Shown: piece by piece, positions 7,639-18,019 of the stretch | Layout: every line of letters starts with the position of its first letter | How positions within the stretch are numbered: the first letter of the stretch is position 1 | Assembly (NCBI GenBank): GCA_003153555.1 | Contig: PLZS01000038.1 | Location: forward strand, 6,120-70,119 | DNA from: Candidatus Melainabacteria bacterium | GTDB lineage: Bacteria; Cyanobacteriota; Vampirovibrionia; Obscuribacterales; Obscuribacteraceae | Direction of reading: 5' to 3' | DNA length: 64,000 nt | The notes under the pieces: generated by a model | Seen by the model: only the letters and a program-made list of their open reading frames with translations | Told to the model about the DNA's origin: nothing | Databases searched by the model: none | Position numbers and translations under genes: made by a program

Positions 7639-10513
7639 TAGATTGCTCCATCTCTTCTTCGTCGTCCGACTGGAGAAGCTCCAGAGCGTCCGCTTGGGAA
7701 CCCAATCCTATGTGATTGGGCATGACGGCTAATTGTATCTCTTTCAGGGATGCAGACGAACACCATTCCTTAAACTCTTTCGCAGCTTTAAGGGATAAGA
7801 CGAGCTGTTTGAACTCAGGCAGCTCTTCAGCGTTGCCTGTGGCTGGACCGAGCAGGTCCAGGTTGATGAAGCCATCCTCCGAAAACCAATCAATCAAGTT
7901 TACCTTCTTCAAGATCGTCAGCCCAAGCGCTACTGACATCTTGGTGCTGCCGAGCACAGCTGCGAGCTTTTCTCCATGCGCCTGCCCATCTTTTTTATTG
8001 ACTGCGTATTTGACCAGCCCAAATAATTTCTTCAAAAACAGGCTTGAATCAAACGAATCATCATTCTCGGAGATGCCGACCAAATAAATGGTTTGTGCAC
8101 CTGATTGAGAAAGCAATTCCTGAAAGACCATACTGCTGGGAGGAGTTTGCCAAACGATCAAATGCTGTTTGCGCCCAACAGTCATCCGATCAACGAATTC
8201 GAAAGCCGCTTGCCTAGGGCTATTTTCAGCAAATATGCTGACGTTAGCGCCAAGCTTTTCTATAGCCTTGGCGAGAATTTCTGCGGCTTTACTGTGATTT
8301 CGCAGATCTTTCCAGATTAACTTCGAACTAGTGGCAGAGAAGTCTCGCGGCGGTGTGAAGTCGGAAGAGGCTCGGTCTTGCGTCGCGGCGGGACTAGTAT
8401 CAGGCAGGGACAGTCCCGCTCCAGTGGCGGTAGGCGAGTCATTACGACTACTGGCGTTTACTTCGGATTGTGGACCAGCACCTGGACTGGATTGTGGACC
8501 AGGATCTGGACCGGATTGTGGAGCACCTGGTTCGAGTTGTGGACGAGCACCTGAACCGGGTTGTGGACCAGAATTCAGTCCGGCTCGTGAAGCGGCACCG
8601 AGTCCGGCAGCCAAGCCACTCTGCGGGACGAAGTCCGCAATTCCCATCGTCTTTTTGACTGGCACTGCAGATGGTGCCGATACCGACAATGGTGCAGGGG
8701 CAAATACCCTGGTGTTGCTGTCGCGCCAGTCTGAAAGAACTAACTGCAATCGCTCTTTGTTGTTGAAGGCATTAATTTCAGGAGTGAAAACGGCATCAAT
8801 AATTTGCTTGTCCGCCGGCACATTCCCGCGAGTATTCCACATCACACATTCGAAATTCATTCCACTTTGAGGGTCCTCAAGCATGACTCGATGATGTTTG
8901 CCATCCTTTCCCAGGACGCGAGTGCTAAGGCAAGACAATGACCGCATGCATAGCGTTGGTTTCTTGTTCCACATTCCAAAAGGTGCCAGCTTAGTCAAAA
9001 GCTTTGCCATCTGCTCATTGACGGAAGAAGGAGCAACTTGCACGTCAATTTTGATAGTGGCCTTAAGAGGCGTATCGATGAGCAGCCGATTGCATGTATC
9101 AGTTAGCCCTCGGCAAAGAGCATCGGCCTTGTCTGCATCGACCGTAAAGCCGGCGGCCATTTTATGACCACCGAATTTCACCAATAGATGGTCGTTATGT
9201 TTGAGCACTTGATAAAGATCAATCGCGTCGATACTACGAGCGGAGCCTTTAACAATCCCCTCGGATCGATCCAATTCACCGATGAAAACTGGACGGTGAT
9301 ATTTTTCTACCAATCGAGAGGCAACAATTCCAACAACCCCGTGATGCCAGCCCTCATCGTAGATCGCGATACAACGATCGCGCTCCATGTCCAGACGAGT
9401 AGCGATCATCACTTCTGCCTTGGCGTAGATTTCCTCGCACAGTTCTTGTCGACGCAAATTATCCGTCTGCAATTGACGCGCCAATTTATCAGCGACTTCT
9501 TCATCGGGAGTGGTTAACAGCTCCACGGCAATACGGGCATCAGCCAAACGACCAACAGCGTTTATTCTTGGCGCCAGACCGAAGCCGACAAGGTCAGTGT
9601 CGTCCGATTTTTTCACCTGAGCAAGAAGCGCTTGTATCCCTGGTCTGGCAGAGTTTACGAGCACCGGCAATCCAATTTTAACCAAGTAGCGATTCTCTCG
9701 AATCAGTGGCACGAGATCGGCGATCATGCCGAGCGTCACGTAGTCCAAAAGCAGAGGAACTTCCTCAGGCATGCCTTTGTCGATCAATAACGCTTCGCAA
9801 ACTTTATAAGCAACTCCAACACCGGGCAAGTGAAAAAGTGGATGCTCTTCGTGCAAGCGCTTAGGATGAACAATACCAACTGCAGGCGGCAGCATCTCCG
9901 GCATCGTGTGGTGATCCAAGACCAGAGTGTCGACGCCCAACGATTTCGCAAATTGAATTTCAGCAAAGTTCGACACGCCGCAATCGCAGGAAATAATCAA
10001 TTTGGTGCGGTGCTTACTCGCGAGGATGCTGACTGCTTTCAAGTTCAACCCATATCCTTCACCCGCTCGGTTGGGGATATAGAAGTCGACAACGGCACCT
10101 AACTTGCGAAGCACCGTCAGCAGAACGGATGTGCCAGTCACACCGTCAACGTCATAGTCACCATATACGGTTATGCGTTGCCCTTTGGCAATCGCTTCAG
10201 TAATCCGCATGACCGCTTTATCAACGTCTGGCAATTCCATCGGGCTGGTCGGTTGATAGAGTTCCGTGTTCAAGAAGCTTTTTGCTTCATCGGTCTTTGC
10301 CACACCACGAGCATTTAAAATATGAGCAAGCAACTCTGAGCCATCCGCGGCATCGACAAAACCAGGCTCGAAATCTGGCGCAGCCTGAAATTGCCAAAAT
10401 TTTCCCAAGGCGGACAATCTGGCTTGTTCATCGCCTTCAGCAAAACTGGCAGAGTTAGCCACAGATATTGTCACGAGCACCCCCGACGAGACAGCGGTAT
10501 GTCTGCAAGACAT
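7586..10513 (-). CDS. recJ: single-stranded-DNA-specific exonuclease RecJ with a ~400-aa C-terminal extension
   Basis: DHH motifs (DYDVDGVTG, LVLDHH), DHHA1 motif FGGHKMAAGFT, and an OB-like segment. A P/G/Q/S low-complexity linker follows (GPQPGSGARPQLEPGAPQSGPDPGPQSSPGAGPQ), then an extra ~270-aa domain. The start codon is uncertain. Confidence 0.85.
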   Translation of the reverse strand: MSCRHTAVSSGVLVTISVANSASFAEGDEQARLSALGKFWQFQAAPDFEPGFVDAADGSELLAHILNARGVAKTDEAKSFLNTELYQPTSPMELPDVDKAVMRITEAIAKGQRITVYGDYDVDGVTGTSVLLTVLRKLGAVVDFYIPNRAGEGYGLNLKAVSILASKHRTKLIISCDCGVSNFAEIQFAKSLGVDTLVLDHHTMPEMLPPAVGIVHPKRLHEEHPLFHLPGVGVAYKVCEALLIDKGMPEEVPLLLDYVTLGMIADLVPLIRENRYLVKIGLPVLVNSARPGIQALLAQVKKSDDTDLVGFGLAPRINAVGRLADARIAVELLTTPDEEVADKLARQLQTDNLRRQELCEEIYAKAEVMIATRLDMERDRCIAIYDEGWHHGVVGIVASRLVEKYHRPVFIGELDRSEGIVKGSARSIDAIDLYQVLKHNDHLLVKFGGHKMAAGFTVDADKADALCRGLTDTCNRLLIDTPLKATIKIDVQVAPSSVNEQMAKLLTKLAPFGMWNKKPTLCMRSLSCLSTRVLGKDGKHHRVMLEDPQSGMNFECVMWNTRGNVPADKQIIDAVFTPEINAFNNKERLQLVLSDWRDSNTRVFAPAPLSVSAPSAVPVKKTMGIADFVPQSGLAAGLGAASRAGLNSGPQPGSGARPQLEPGAPQSGPDPGPQSSPGAGPQSEVNASSRNDSPTATGAGLSLPDTSPAATQDRASSDFTPPRDFSATSSKLIWKDLRNHSKAAEILAKAIEKLGANVSIFAENSPRQAAFEFVDRMTVGRKQHLIVWQTPPSSMVFQELLSQSGAQTIYLVGISENDDSFDSSLFLKKLFGLVKYAVNKKDGQAHGEKLAAVLGSTKMSVALGLTILKKVNLIDWFSEDGFINLDLLGPATGNAEELPEFKQLVLSLKAAKEFKEWCSSASLKEIQLAVMPNHIGLGSQADALELLQSDDEEEMEQSNEYPSGQEQIGTVRPSA

Positions 10514-10800
10514 ACAAAATATCGAATTTGTATCTACAGTACGACGCCACCAAATGCGATGCGCAGGCGACGCAGACGAACACAGCTAGAATACTGCATC
10601 GACACATCTTGATCTATCCTGGATCTACCTTCGATCGGCTGCAATAGCCCAGATCGGATCGTGTCGCATATGCGCTGCTATCCGGTCTTCTATGCAGAAG
10701 ATTATAAAAAATATCCGACCTTGGATTCCACCATTCTCTTTATAGAACGTCGAAATCAATAAAAAAGTTCAATGGAGCGCAAAATCATGCATTCATGCAT

Positions 10801-11199
10801 TCATTTATTCAACTTAGGATCGCGAAACTCAAAAATTTTCCTCGGCTTTGGCGGCCAGTTCTCTAAATCCCATTCAATGATCGTCGTAATCACAGGGGAT
10901 TTAGGCCACGGTAATGCCCACCCAGCAACCCAGAGAATCGGTAGCATCACCACATGCAAACTCAACGCAACAAGGAACGCCTCAAGCAACGGAACTTGTT
11001 CGATCAGTAGTCTTATGGTCGTCTCGCGTAATGATTTGCTCAAACGCCGTTGGTCCTCAATAAGTAAATATTCGAAGAGAGCGAGCATGCAAGCTGCTCG
11101 ACTAATGTGAAGCTGCTCAAATTGTTGCCACCATGAATATACAAAAGCAAGAATGGTTAGTCTCAACACGGATCGAGTGGTACTATGGTTAACTAACAT
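10801..11199 (-). CDS. hypothetical protein
   Basis: 132-aa ORF competing with an overlapping plus-strand ORF (10772..11110). No motif seen. Confidence 0.25.
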   Translation of the reverse strand: MLVNHSTTRSVLRLTILAFVYSWWQQFEQLHISRAACMLALFEYLLIEDQRRLSKSLRETTIRLLIEQVPLLEAFLVALSLHVVMLPILWVAGWALPWPKSPVITTIIEWDLENWPPKPRKIFEFRDPKLNK

Positions 11200-11245
11200 T
11201 CAGCATACACTTTGAATACCTGGGTTAGCTCAACATTTCCAGGGA

Positions 11246-11983
11246 TTGGTTTCAATCAAATTGATATTCAGAGCCACAAAAACTATTCCGATCGCTTGCA
11301 TTGCCGCACTCACAGCATTGTTTGTGCAGATTTCGGCCGAGTGCGCGGAAGGGGAATATGGACCTCCGAATCTTCTGAAAACTATGAAGACCCCTTTTGG
11401 CACTGGCGATAAAGAGGATTCCGGGCAGAACGGAGGCGCCTCTGAAATGGCACCCATCAATTTGGGCGGCTCAACAAATCGACGCTTGAGCCTGTCCCAA
11501 CGCCTGGTACCGTCGCGACTTTATTTACCTGGACGAATGGTGCTTGGCAAGTCGTGTGAATTTACGATTAAGGCAAAACCGAAAAGTTGGGTGGCGATTG
11601 CCATGGCAGACAAAAACTCTGGCGCCAATCCAATCATGGGTCACAAGATTAAATTGGGCGCCGACCGCAAACTCGTAGCTTTAGGTGAGATTCCGGAATC
11701 AGGGGTGCTCAATCTGTTTGTTGAAACTCCGATCCAGGGTGACCTGGTCGGCTCATGCCTTTACTTTGAAGCGGCGATCTGGTCAAAACCCGATTGTAGT
11801 GATGTCGAATTTGCGGCAGCTGTGCCGTCTGAAGGTCAGGGCAAAGAAAATGAAAACGGCGTTCTTATTGCAGCCGAATCAGATCAGAAAAAAGGCATTA
11901 AAATCGTGCCGAATACCGCAGTCATGAGCCCCCTTATGCAAAAAGCGGGATCGAGCCTCGGCAGCAACATTGGCCACCCGTAA
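11246..11983 (+). CDS. hypothetical secreted protein
   Basis: N-terminal hydrophobic signal-like segment (IPIACIAALTALFVQISAECAEG). No recognisable domain. Confidence 0.5.
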   Translation: MVSIKLIFRATKTIPIACIAALTALFVQISAECAEGEYGPPNLLKTMKTPFGTGDKEDSGQNGGASEMAPINLGGSTNRRLSLSQRLVPSRLYLPGRMVLGKSCEFTIKAKPKSWVAIAMADKNSGANPIMGHKIKLGADRKLVALGEIPESGVLNLFVETPIQGDLVGSCLYFEAAIWSKPDCSDVEFAAAVPSEGQGKENENGVLIAAESDQKKGIKIVPNTAVMSPLMQKAGSSLGSNIGHP

Positions 11984-12001
11984 TCAAGGAGACAATTTTA
12001 A

Positions 12002-13522
12002 ATGCGAGCTGTTCTACTGCCTCTTGACGATCGTCCAGTGACCTATGGCTTCCCTCAATTGATCGCCAGAGTCGCAGGTGTCGAGGCTCTGGTTCCACCT
12101 CGCAGTCTTTTCGGCTCTTTGAACACATCGGCCGACATAGAAGGAATCACTGAATGGATTCAAAATACAATCGCCAAAACGAATCCGGACGTGCTCCTGC
12201 TCTGCCTCGACACGCTGACATACGGGGGGTTGATCAACTCACGCCGTTCGCCAGATTCCGCCAAAAGTGTGATGGATAGGGTCGCTATCCTGCAAAACTG
12301 GCAAAAGAAGACGACAGGAAAGCTGCCCATCTATGTCCAATCAAGCATCATGCGCATTTCCGACAATTATGATGCGACCGAAGAAAAACCTTATTGGGCT
12401 CGCTATGGGCGGGAAATATTCGCCTGGTCCTCGCAAATGCACCGACTGGCTAAAGGTGACAGCCTTGTTGCCGGTAGCCTGGCATCATCGGAAGCGCGAA
12501 TTCCAGCCGATATCAGGCAAGATTATCAACAAACTCGCGTCAGAAATTTTCAAGCGAACCAGAAATTGGTTGAGCTCGTACAACAAGGCGTGATCAGTAG
12601 ATTGACGTTCAGCCTCGATGATTCAGGTCAAACCGGTCTCAATATTTTGGAAAAGGAAAGATTGATTTCTATGGTGCAGCAAGCCAATCTGACAAAAAAG
12701 ATTGCCACCTATGCTGGTGCCGACGAAGTTCTGTGCGCACTCTTGGCGCGCTGGCTGATCGACTCCAAAAGCAGCATGAGAACTGGACCTACGGCGCTTA
12801 TTAGATATAGCCCCGAAGAAGGTTCGAATTGCCTAAGCCGATACGAGGGGCAAAATATTGGTGAAACAATCAGCTCGCAAATGCAAGCTTGCGGAATAGA
12901 TGTACAGAAGGAAGACGATCGTCCAAACCCGGTTGATTTCGTTGTTCTCGTCCACACCGGGGGCGACGCGCAAGGCGACCACATTCAGCTTCCCGGACAT
13001 TCTGACTTGAGGCGCATGGATACCTCACGATCGATCAAGCGCACTCTTGAATTGCTTCAACAGTCAGAACATCCCTGCGTTCTATGTGACGTTGCTTATG
13101 CGAATGGGGCTGATCCAGAACTGATCGAAGAGCTGCTTCAGCGTCCCGAACTACTAGCAAAACTATGGGCATATTCTGGTTGGAACACGACAGGAAACAG
13201 CACCGGTTCAGCGCTCGCGCTAGCTGTCGCACAGTGGTTCACCGGCACCGCATCTGATACCAATAATAATCTGAAGGCTTGTTTATACGTTCGACTAGCG
13301 GACGATTGGGCCTATCAATCAAAGGTGCGCTCGACACTCAATTCAGCACCATCGTATGAACATCTTCGCGACAACATGAAGCCGTATCTCGAACGTATCA
13401 GTCAAGCACTCTCCTACAAGCCTGACAGCTTGACTCTAGGGTTCCCATGGAATCGCACGTTTGAAGTAGAAATCGGCTTGCCTACCGACTCCAATAGCGG
13501 GTCGCTGTCTTTGGCAAAGTAA
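12002..13522 (+). CDS. DUF4127-like protein
   Basis: The N-terminus MRAVLLPLDDRPVTYGFPQ and the ~500-aa length resemble DUF4127 family members, from memory of that family. Needs an HMM check. Confidence 0.55.
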   Translation: MRAVLLPLDDRPVTYGFPQLIARVAGVEALVPPRSLFGSLNTSADIEGITEWIQNTIAKTNPDVLLLCLDTLTYGGLINSRRSPDSAKSVMDRVAILQNWQKKTTGKLPIYVQSSIMRISDNYDATEEKPYWARYGREIFAWSSQMHRLAKGDSLVAGSLASSEARIPADIRQDYQQTRVRNFQANQKLVELVQQGVISRLTFSLDDSGQTGLNILEKERLISMVQQANLTKKIATYAGADEVLCALLARWLIDSKSSMRTGPTALIRYSPEEGSNCLSRYEGQNIGETISSQMQACGIDVQKEDDRPNPVDFVVLVHTGGDAQGDHIQLPGHSDLRRMDTSRSIKRTLELLQQSEHPCVLCDVAYANGADPELIEELLQRPELLAKLWAYSGWNTTGNSTGSALALAVAQWFTGTASDTNNNLKACLYVRLADDWAYQSKVRSTLNSAPSYEHLRDNMKPYLERISQALSYKPDSLTLGFPWNRTFEVEIGLPTDSNSGSLSLAK

Positions 13523-13618
13523 TCTTGCTTCCTCTTGTTCGCAGACAAGAAGCACCGCCTGATGGGCAGATTCCAATGCAGAACCTGATTCGCAAAGCTA
13601 GGCGGCTCCGCTGTTATA

Positions 13619-14782
13619 ATGCGTTTGAATGTGAACAAGACCTCTGGTTTAATCATCCCTCGAGACGCGTTAACGACTAGCTTGAAAAGCCTTACCAAGC
13701 CATCTCGCAGAAGAATACCCTTGCTTAGCGCCATGCTGCTGGCATGGTCGACCTTTTCTCCGGCGTTTGCACTGGACACGTGGGAGAAAGTGGACAAACG
13801 TGTAAAAAGTCAGATTTACGAGCTGAACGTCGGGCTCAAACTGCGCGTCAAGGATAACCTCTGGGCTCAGCTGGCAGACCTCTCACCTAAGGGACACTTC
13901 CCTGTCTACAGCACATCTCGGGAAGATAAGGGATTTCGAGTGGTCTGTTTCGGCTCGAGTTTTCCGGTGCGTACCAGCCAAACAGACAAAACGTTTTTTT
14001 TGACAAGCGCACATGTTCTCAGTGGCGGTGAACAAATTGTCAAAGAATGCGAGCGATTTTATGCCGCGATGAGACTCTATGCAGAACAACCAGACGCCAG
14101 CAATGCAGATGCGAAGTACAAAGAATTACTTCAAATAGTCAACCTTTCAACCAAGGGAAAGGGTCTAGTCGGAAGCGAGTTGCAAACCTACCAAACCACT
14201 GTTGACGCCATCTGGGACACTTATGAGACGTATCTATCCCTGCGTGCTGATCCAGGCAGAGTTATGTTCAAGAAATACCTGAAGCAAGCTGGAGTAGAAC
14301 CACAATACGGATACTTTTTGCACCCACCAGGCCCAGTTACACAAACGCCAACTGAAGCTAGAGTCTATAAAACTGCGCACTCAGACAAAGAACCAGACAT
14401 AGGCATTCTCACCGCATCTGGTACCACAATATCCGGCCTTGAATTTGACACTTTACCGGCATCTGAAGGGCAAGAAGTACAGGTGATGGGTTATCCGGTG
14501 GCGTCCGAGATAATCGATAAAGATGCGGATAAACATTATTCACCGACCTTAAACAGCGGCAGGATCAGTCGCGTCACTCCAACATTGCTGCAAGTGGACG
14601 CACCAGTTTCTAAAGGAAACAGTGGCGGACCCGTCGTCAGCATTAGAGGAAAGGTACTAGGAGTGGTGGCACTGCGGGCCATTCTGAACGGCACAGAACT
14701 GCCAAACTTTGCCGGAGCTGTGACCACGCAATCTGTGCAAAGCTTTGCGCCGGAACTGTTTTCGAAGTTGTCGGTTCGCTAG
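13619..14782 (+). CDS. trypsin-like (S1-type) serine protease, secreted
   Basis: Candidate catalytic triad contexts LTSAHVL (His), DIGILT (Asp) and KGNSGGPVV (Ser). Signal-like N-terminus. Confidence 0.7.
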   Translation: MRLNVNKTSGLIIPRDALTTSLKSLTKPSRRRIPLLSAMLLAWSTFSPAFALDTWEKVDKRVKSQIYELNVGLKLRVKDNLWAQLADLSPKGHFPVYSTSREDKGFRVVCFGSSFPVRTSQTDKTFFLTSAHVLSGGEQIVKECERFYAAMRLYAEQPDASNADAKYKELLQIVNLSTKGKGLVGSELQTYQTTVDAIWDTYETYLSLRADPGRVMFKKYLKQAGVEPQYGYFLHPPGPVTQTPTEARVYKTAHSDKEPDIGILTASGTTISGLEFDTLPASEGQEVQVMGYPVASEIIDKDADKHYSPTLNSGRISRVTPTLLQVDAPVSKGNSGGPVVSIRGKVLGVVALRAILNGTELPNFAGAVTTQSVQSFAPELFSKLSVR

Positions 14783-14834
14783 GCTGGAGCGCACGCATCT
14801 TGCGTGCTACGAACAATGCGTGCTGGCGCGCTCG

Positions 14835-15677
14835 CTACTTATGAAACATGTCGAAGAAGCTTCCAGTCTTTTTGGGCACTACAGGGGTGACAGGCTTCAC
14901 CACAGGAGTCGGCATTGCATCGAGTGCATCCTCAGCGCCCGCAGCCGGTTCATCGCCTTCGTCAAGCATCATAGCCATCTCATCTTTGACTTTTTTGTAT
15001 CCCTTGAGCGGCATAAACTCAGATACCTTCACGTCCACTTTATTAGCCTTGTAGCAGTCCATTACAACCATCATCTTGTTGCTTGTTTTTGCCATTTGCA
15101 AAACACGAAGTGGAGTCCCAGCTTCGACCGGAATGTCAAGCATGGTCTTCATCATACTGTTGAACTGCGGCGGTGTTTTGATATCCCTGGCGATCCAGGT
15201 CTCAGCAACAGTTTCTGTCTGTTTGGATTTTGGATCCTTCTTCTTCACGATTACCTGATAGCACTTAACGCCCTGAATGGTCTCCATTTTTCCTGTTTTA
15301 ATCGGAGTCAACACAACAGCCTTATCGGCCACCTTTTTGCCGCGAAGCAGAAACTTCGCTTTCCAATGGTCATATGGCAAGTCAACGTAATTCTTGTTGC
15401 TGTCGTTGTATACAAGCGCATTCCACTTCGGCGCCTTGATCAGCATCAAAAGCCCCAACTTGTCGAATTTCATGCGAACAGCGTCAGGCGTAATGTAGTA
15501 AAGCACCGTGCCTGCGAAATTGCTGTTCACATTCAACACCCATGCCGGCACAGTTTTTTCGGAAGACTTGGCTTCTACAGGCGTCTTATCGGCAAAGGTT
15601 TTTGGCGCTGAAAACGCGCCGCAGAGCACGAGCATAGACAGACCCAAATAAATCTTGTTGGCAAAACGCTTTTTCAT
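14835..15677 (-). CDS. hypothetical secreted protein (APKW-motif family, paralog of 57784..58554)
   Basis: Start placed at MKKRFANKIYLGLSMLVLCGAFSAP (signal peptide); the ORF extends to 15722. It shares APKW, the overall order and F.P.G..KV..E with the 57.8-kb protein. Confidence 0.6.
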   Translation of the reverse strand: MKKRFANKIYLGLSMLVLCGAFSAPKTFADKTPVEAKSSEKTVPAWVLNVNSNFAGTVLYYITPDAVRMKFDKLGLLMLIKAPKWNALVYNDSNKNYVDLPYDHWKAKFLLRGKKVADKAVVLTPIKTGKMETIQGVKCYQVIVKKKDPKSKQTETVAETWIARDIKTPPQFNSMMKTMLDIPVEAGTPLRVLQMAKTSNKMMVVMDCYKANKVDVKVSEFMPLKGYKKVKDEMAMMLDEGDEPAAGAEDALDAMPTPVVKPVTPVVPKKTGSFFDMFHK

Positions 15678-15745
15678 GTGCTGTCCTTCGCTCTTTGTTT
15701 CAATGAATCTATGTGAAATCAACTATAGCAGCTCAATCAATTCGA

Positions 15746-17359
15746 TTAAATTATGGGCATTTTGGGCGAGTCGGGCACGAACGACCAAGTTTTGGAAAGC
15801 TGGCCAAGATCGCGCAAATTTTGCCAGATTTTAATCGCCTCACTAACTGTATGAATCGGCTCAGACGAAACAACCTCTAGTCTCACCGCTTCGCGCTTCT
15901 CAATAGTCTCGAAGGCTTTATTGGTACCAAAAGACTGATCGACCAACAACGTCCCCTTGAAAGGCTTTTCTCTATTCGTGATGGCCACAAATTTAATGCC
16001 AATCTGCTGCTTAATTTGCACTTGCAGAGCAGTCAACCTGCAATTGCAATGCAAATTATCAACTTGAAAATCAGTTTTTGCCAAATTGAGTTGATATGGT
16101 TTTTCAGCGGCGCCTGTGAGCTTTTCCCGCAATCGCCCAGCCAAGTCATTGTTAGCCAACTTCACTCGAGACACCAAATACGGTGCCAAAGCATCACTGG
16201 AGTCCAAAACCTTCGCCTTAGTGAGCATCGTCACCATCTCCTCAGTCCGCCCCATTCTGTCAAAAATAGCGGCCAGAGCAAGATAGTATTTTGCATTAGT
16301 GGGCGAACCTTTAATTGCGGCTCGATAAGCCACTTCCGCGTTATCGAGCCAAGCTTCGCAATAGCTTGAGTCACCAGAATGCGTATCCGCCTTTTGTTCA
16401 AAAACTTCGCCGATTCGATAATAGCCCTCAGTATTCGGAAGGCAATTGTCGATTGCTGCGCTGATCAGATTACGACCTCGAAGCGGATTCGTCACCGAAC
16501 AAAGATCCGCAGCAGCGCGAACATAGACCTCGTCATCCTTAGGCTTGCCTTTAAAAACATCGTCTTCGATGGAGCGTGCGCGATCAATTTCGTTGGCGCG
16601 AATCAAATCAATAAACAACGAAGCAATGGCGCTCGCTTTTTGCTCCGCAGAAGAAGCCGCAGCAAATGCCTTCTGGGCGGCTGCGGCAGCCTGCTTCGGC
16701 TTATCGAGCTTTGAGTAAGAATTAGCGAGCTGATACCACCAATCAAAATCAGCATCCGTTTTCCCACTCATCTGATCAAGCACAGCTCTTGCTTCATCAG
16801 CACGGGCACTCGAAACAAGACACTGCATCAAGCCTATTCTCGGTGCCCAGTTTGAAGCTGACACTTTAATCGCTTTCCGAAAGAGCGGAATAGACGTCTC
16901 GTAATAACCAAGTTGCTGGCTCATTTGAGCATAATTGAGAACCGCAGTTTCATTTTCAGGCGCTAACTTCGCCGCCGCTTGTGCTTCTTTCAGCGCGATG
17001 TCGTAGCGGTTACGCCGCCACTCCATAATCGACAGCGCCGAGTGGGGCAGCCAATAGCTAGGTGCGTTCTTAACCACCTGGTTTTCAAGTTCGATTGCTT
17101 CTTGAACTCTGTTGCTGGCAAAGAGCGCAGTTGCCTCTCTGGTCTTCTCATCGGCGGACACGTTTCGGTTTGCAGTTCGGTTGTGAACTCGCGATCCGCT
17201 TTCGGGGCGGACTGGAAATCCACGCTCCATTTCCAAAGCCCTAGCGAATACAGGCATGAACACGCACTCGAACGCCGGCTCGGTTGTAGGTAGATACGCA
17301 CCGAAAAATGCGGCTACCCCGACTAGCGCCAATTTATTGAGTAGAATTGGATTGCGCAT
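15746..17359 (-). CDS. TPR repeat protein, secreted or membrane-anchored
   Basis: N-terminal hydrophobic segment, then multiple 34-residue A/Y/L-pattern repeats (e.g. AIELENQVVKNAPSYWLPH, YYETSIPLFRKAIKVSA). Confidence 0.75.
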   Translation of the reverse strand: MRNPILLNKLALVGVAAFFGAYLPTTEPAFECVFMPVFARALEMERGFPVRPESGSRVHNRTANRNVSADEKTREATALFASNRVQEAIELENQVVKNAPSYWLPHSALSIMEWRRNRYDIALKEAQAAAKLAPENETAVLNYAQMSQQLGYYETSIPLFRKAIKVSASNWAPRIGLMQCLVSSARADEARAVLDQMSGKTDADFDWWYQLANSYSKLDKPKQAAAAAQKAFAAASSAEQKASAIASLFIDLIRANEIDRARSIEDDVFKGKPKDDEVYVRAAADLCSVTNPLRGRNLISAAIDNCLPNTEGYYRIGEVFEQKADTHSGDSSYCEAWLDNAEVAYRAAIKGSPTNAKYYLALAAIFDRMGRTEEMVTMLTKAKVLDSSDALAPYLVSRVKLANNDLAGRLREKLTGAAEKPYQLNLAKTDFQVDNLHCNCRLTALQVQIKQQIGIKFVAITNREKPFKGTLLVDQSFGTNKAFETIEKREAVRLEVVSSEPIHTVSEAIKIWQNLRDLGQLSKTWSFVPDSPKMPII

Positions 17360-17446
17360 TTACAGGGTCAGTGAAATCAATCATCCTCTAACTGATTAAC
17401 TATATCAGCGGCTGACCGAGATGGGTGGAGGTCAAAAATTTAGCTC

Positions 17447-18019
17447 ATGCAGTCAAAGTCAAACACACCCGAATCAAATATTGAATATCCGCCGCTGCGA
17501 TTCCGGCTGTTTATGACAGTGGTGTTGTCGTTTTATTTGTTCTGCCTGATCCTTATTTTGAGCCCTGACTCAGCATTGCGGAATCAACTCTATAAGCCAG
17601 TCTATCCCTTCTTGAGCGCCTTAGGTTTTTGGCAATCATGGAACGTCTTCGCGCCAACAATTAGAACTGAAAATTTTCATTTATTAGCCACAATAACTTT
17701 CACAGATGGCACAACCGCTCTCTGGGAGTTCCCCCGTCAAGACTTACTGACAGGGGTGGAACAGATGCGAGCTGAGCGATTCAGGAAATGGGCAAACGAC
17801 CGCATCAGATATCACGAATACGGATTTTTGCAACCTGACGCAGCAAGATACATCGCGCGCCTACATCACACCGAGTCGGCGCTGCCAAAAACAGTTGAGC
17901 TCACATTCTTTTCTATTCCCATTCCGCCACCGACAGAAGGCATTGACAAAGCTCTGCCCGAACATACTCGGCACAAGACTTTCTTTGTCTATGACGTTCA
18001 GCCCGAGGATCTTAAATGA
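17447..18019 (+). CDS. membrane protein, partner of the HTTM protein
   Basis: One N-terminal TM helix. Its stop overlaps the next start (ATGA, 4 nt), implying translational coupling. Confidence 0.55.
   Translation: MQSKSNTPESNIEYPPLRFRLFMTVVLSFYLFCLILILSPDSALRNQLYKPVYPFLSALGFWQSWNVFAPTIRTENFHLLATITFTDGTTALWEFPRQDLLTGVEQMRAERFRKWANDRIRYHEYGFLQPDAARYIARLHHTESALPKTVELTFFSIPIPPPTEGIDKALPEHTRHKTFFVYDVQPEDLK

Noticed and set aside
8331-8870. A 179-aa plus-strand ORF rich in G/P/A/S.
   Set aside because: It is antisense to the low-complexity hinge of recJ, so it is an artefact.
14745-15611. A 288-aa plus-strand ORF rich in His/Cys/Arg/Phe.
   Set aside because: It is antisense to the much more protein-like secreted-protein gene 14835..15677. 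It has a low-complexity composition and no motif, so I treat it as a shadow ORF.
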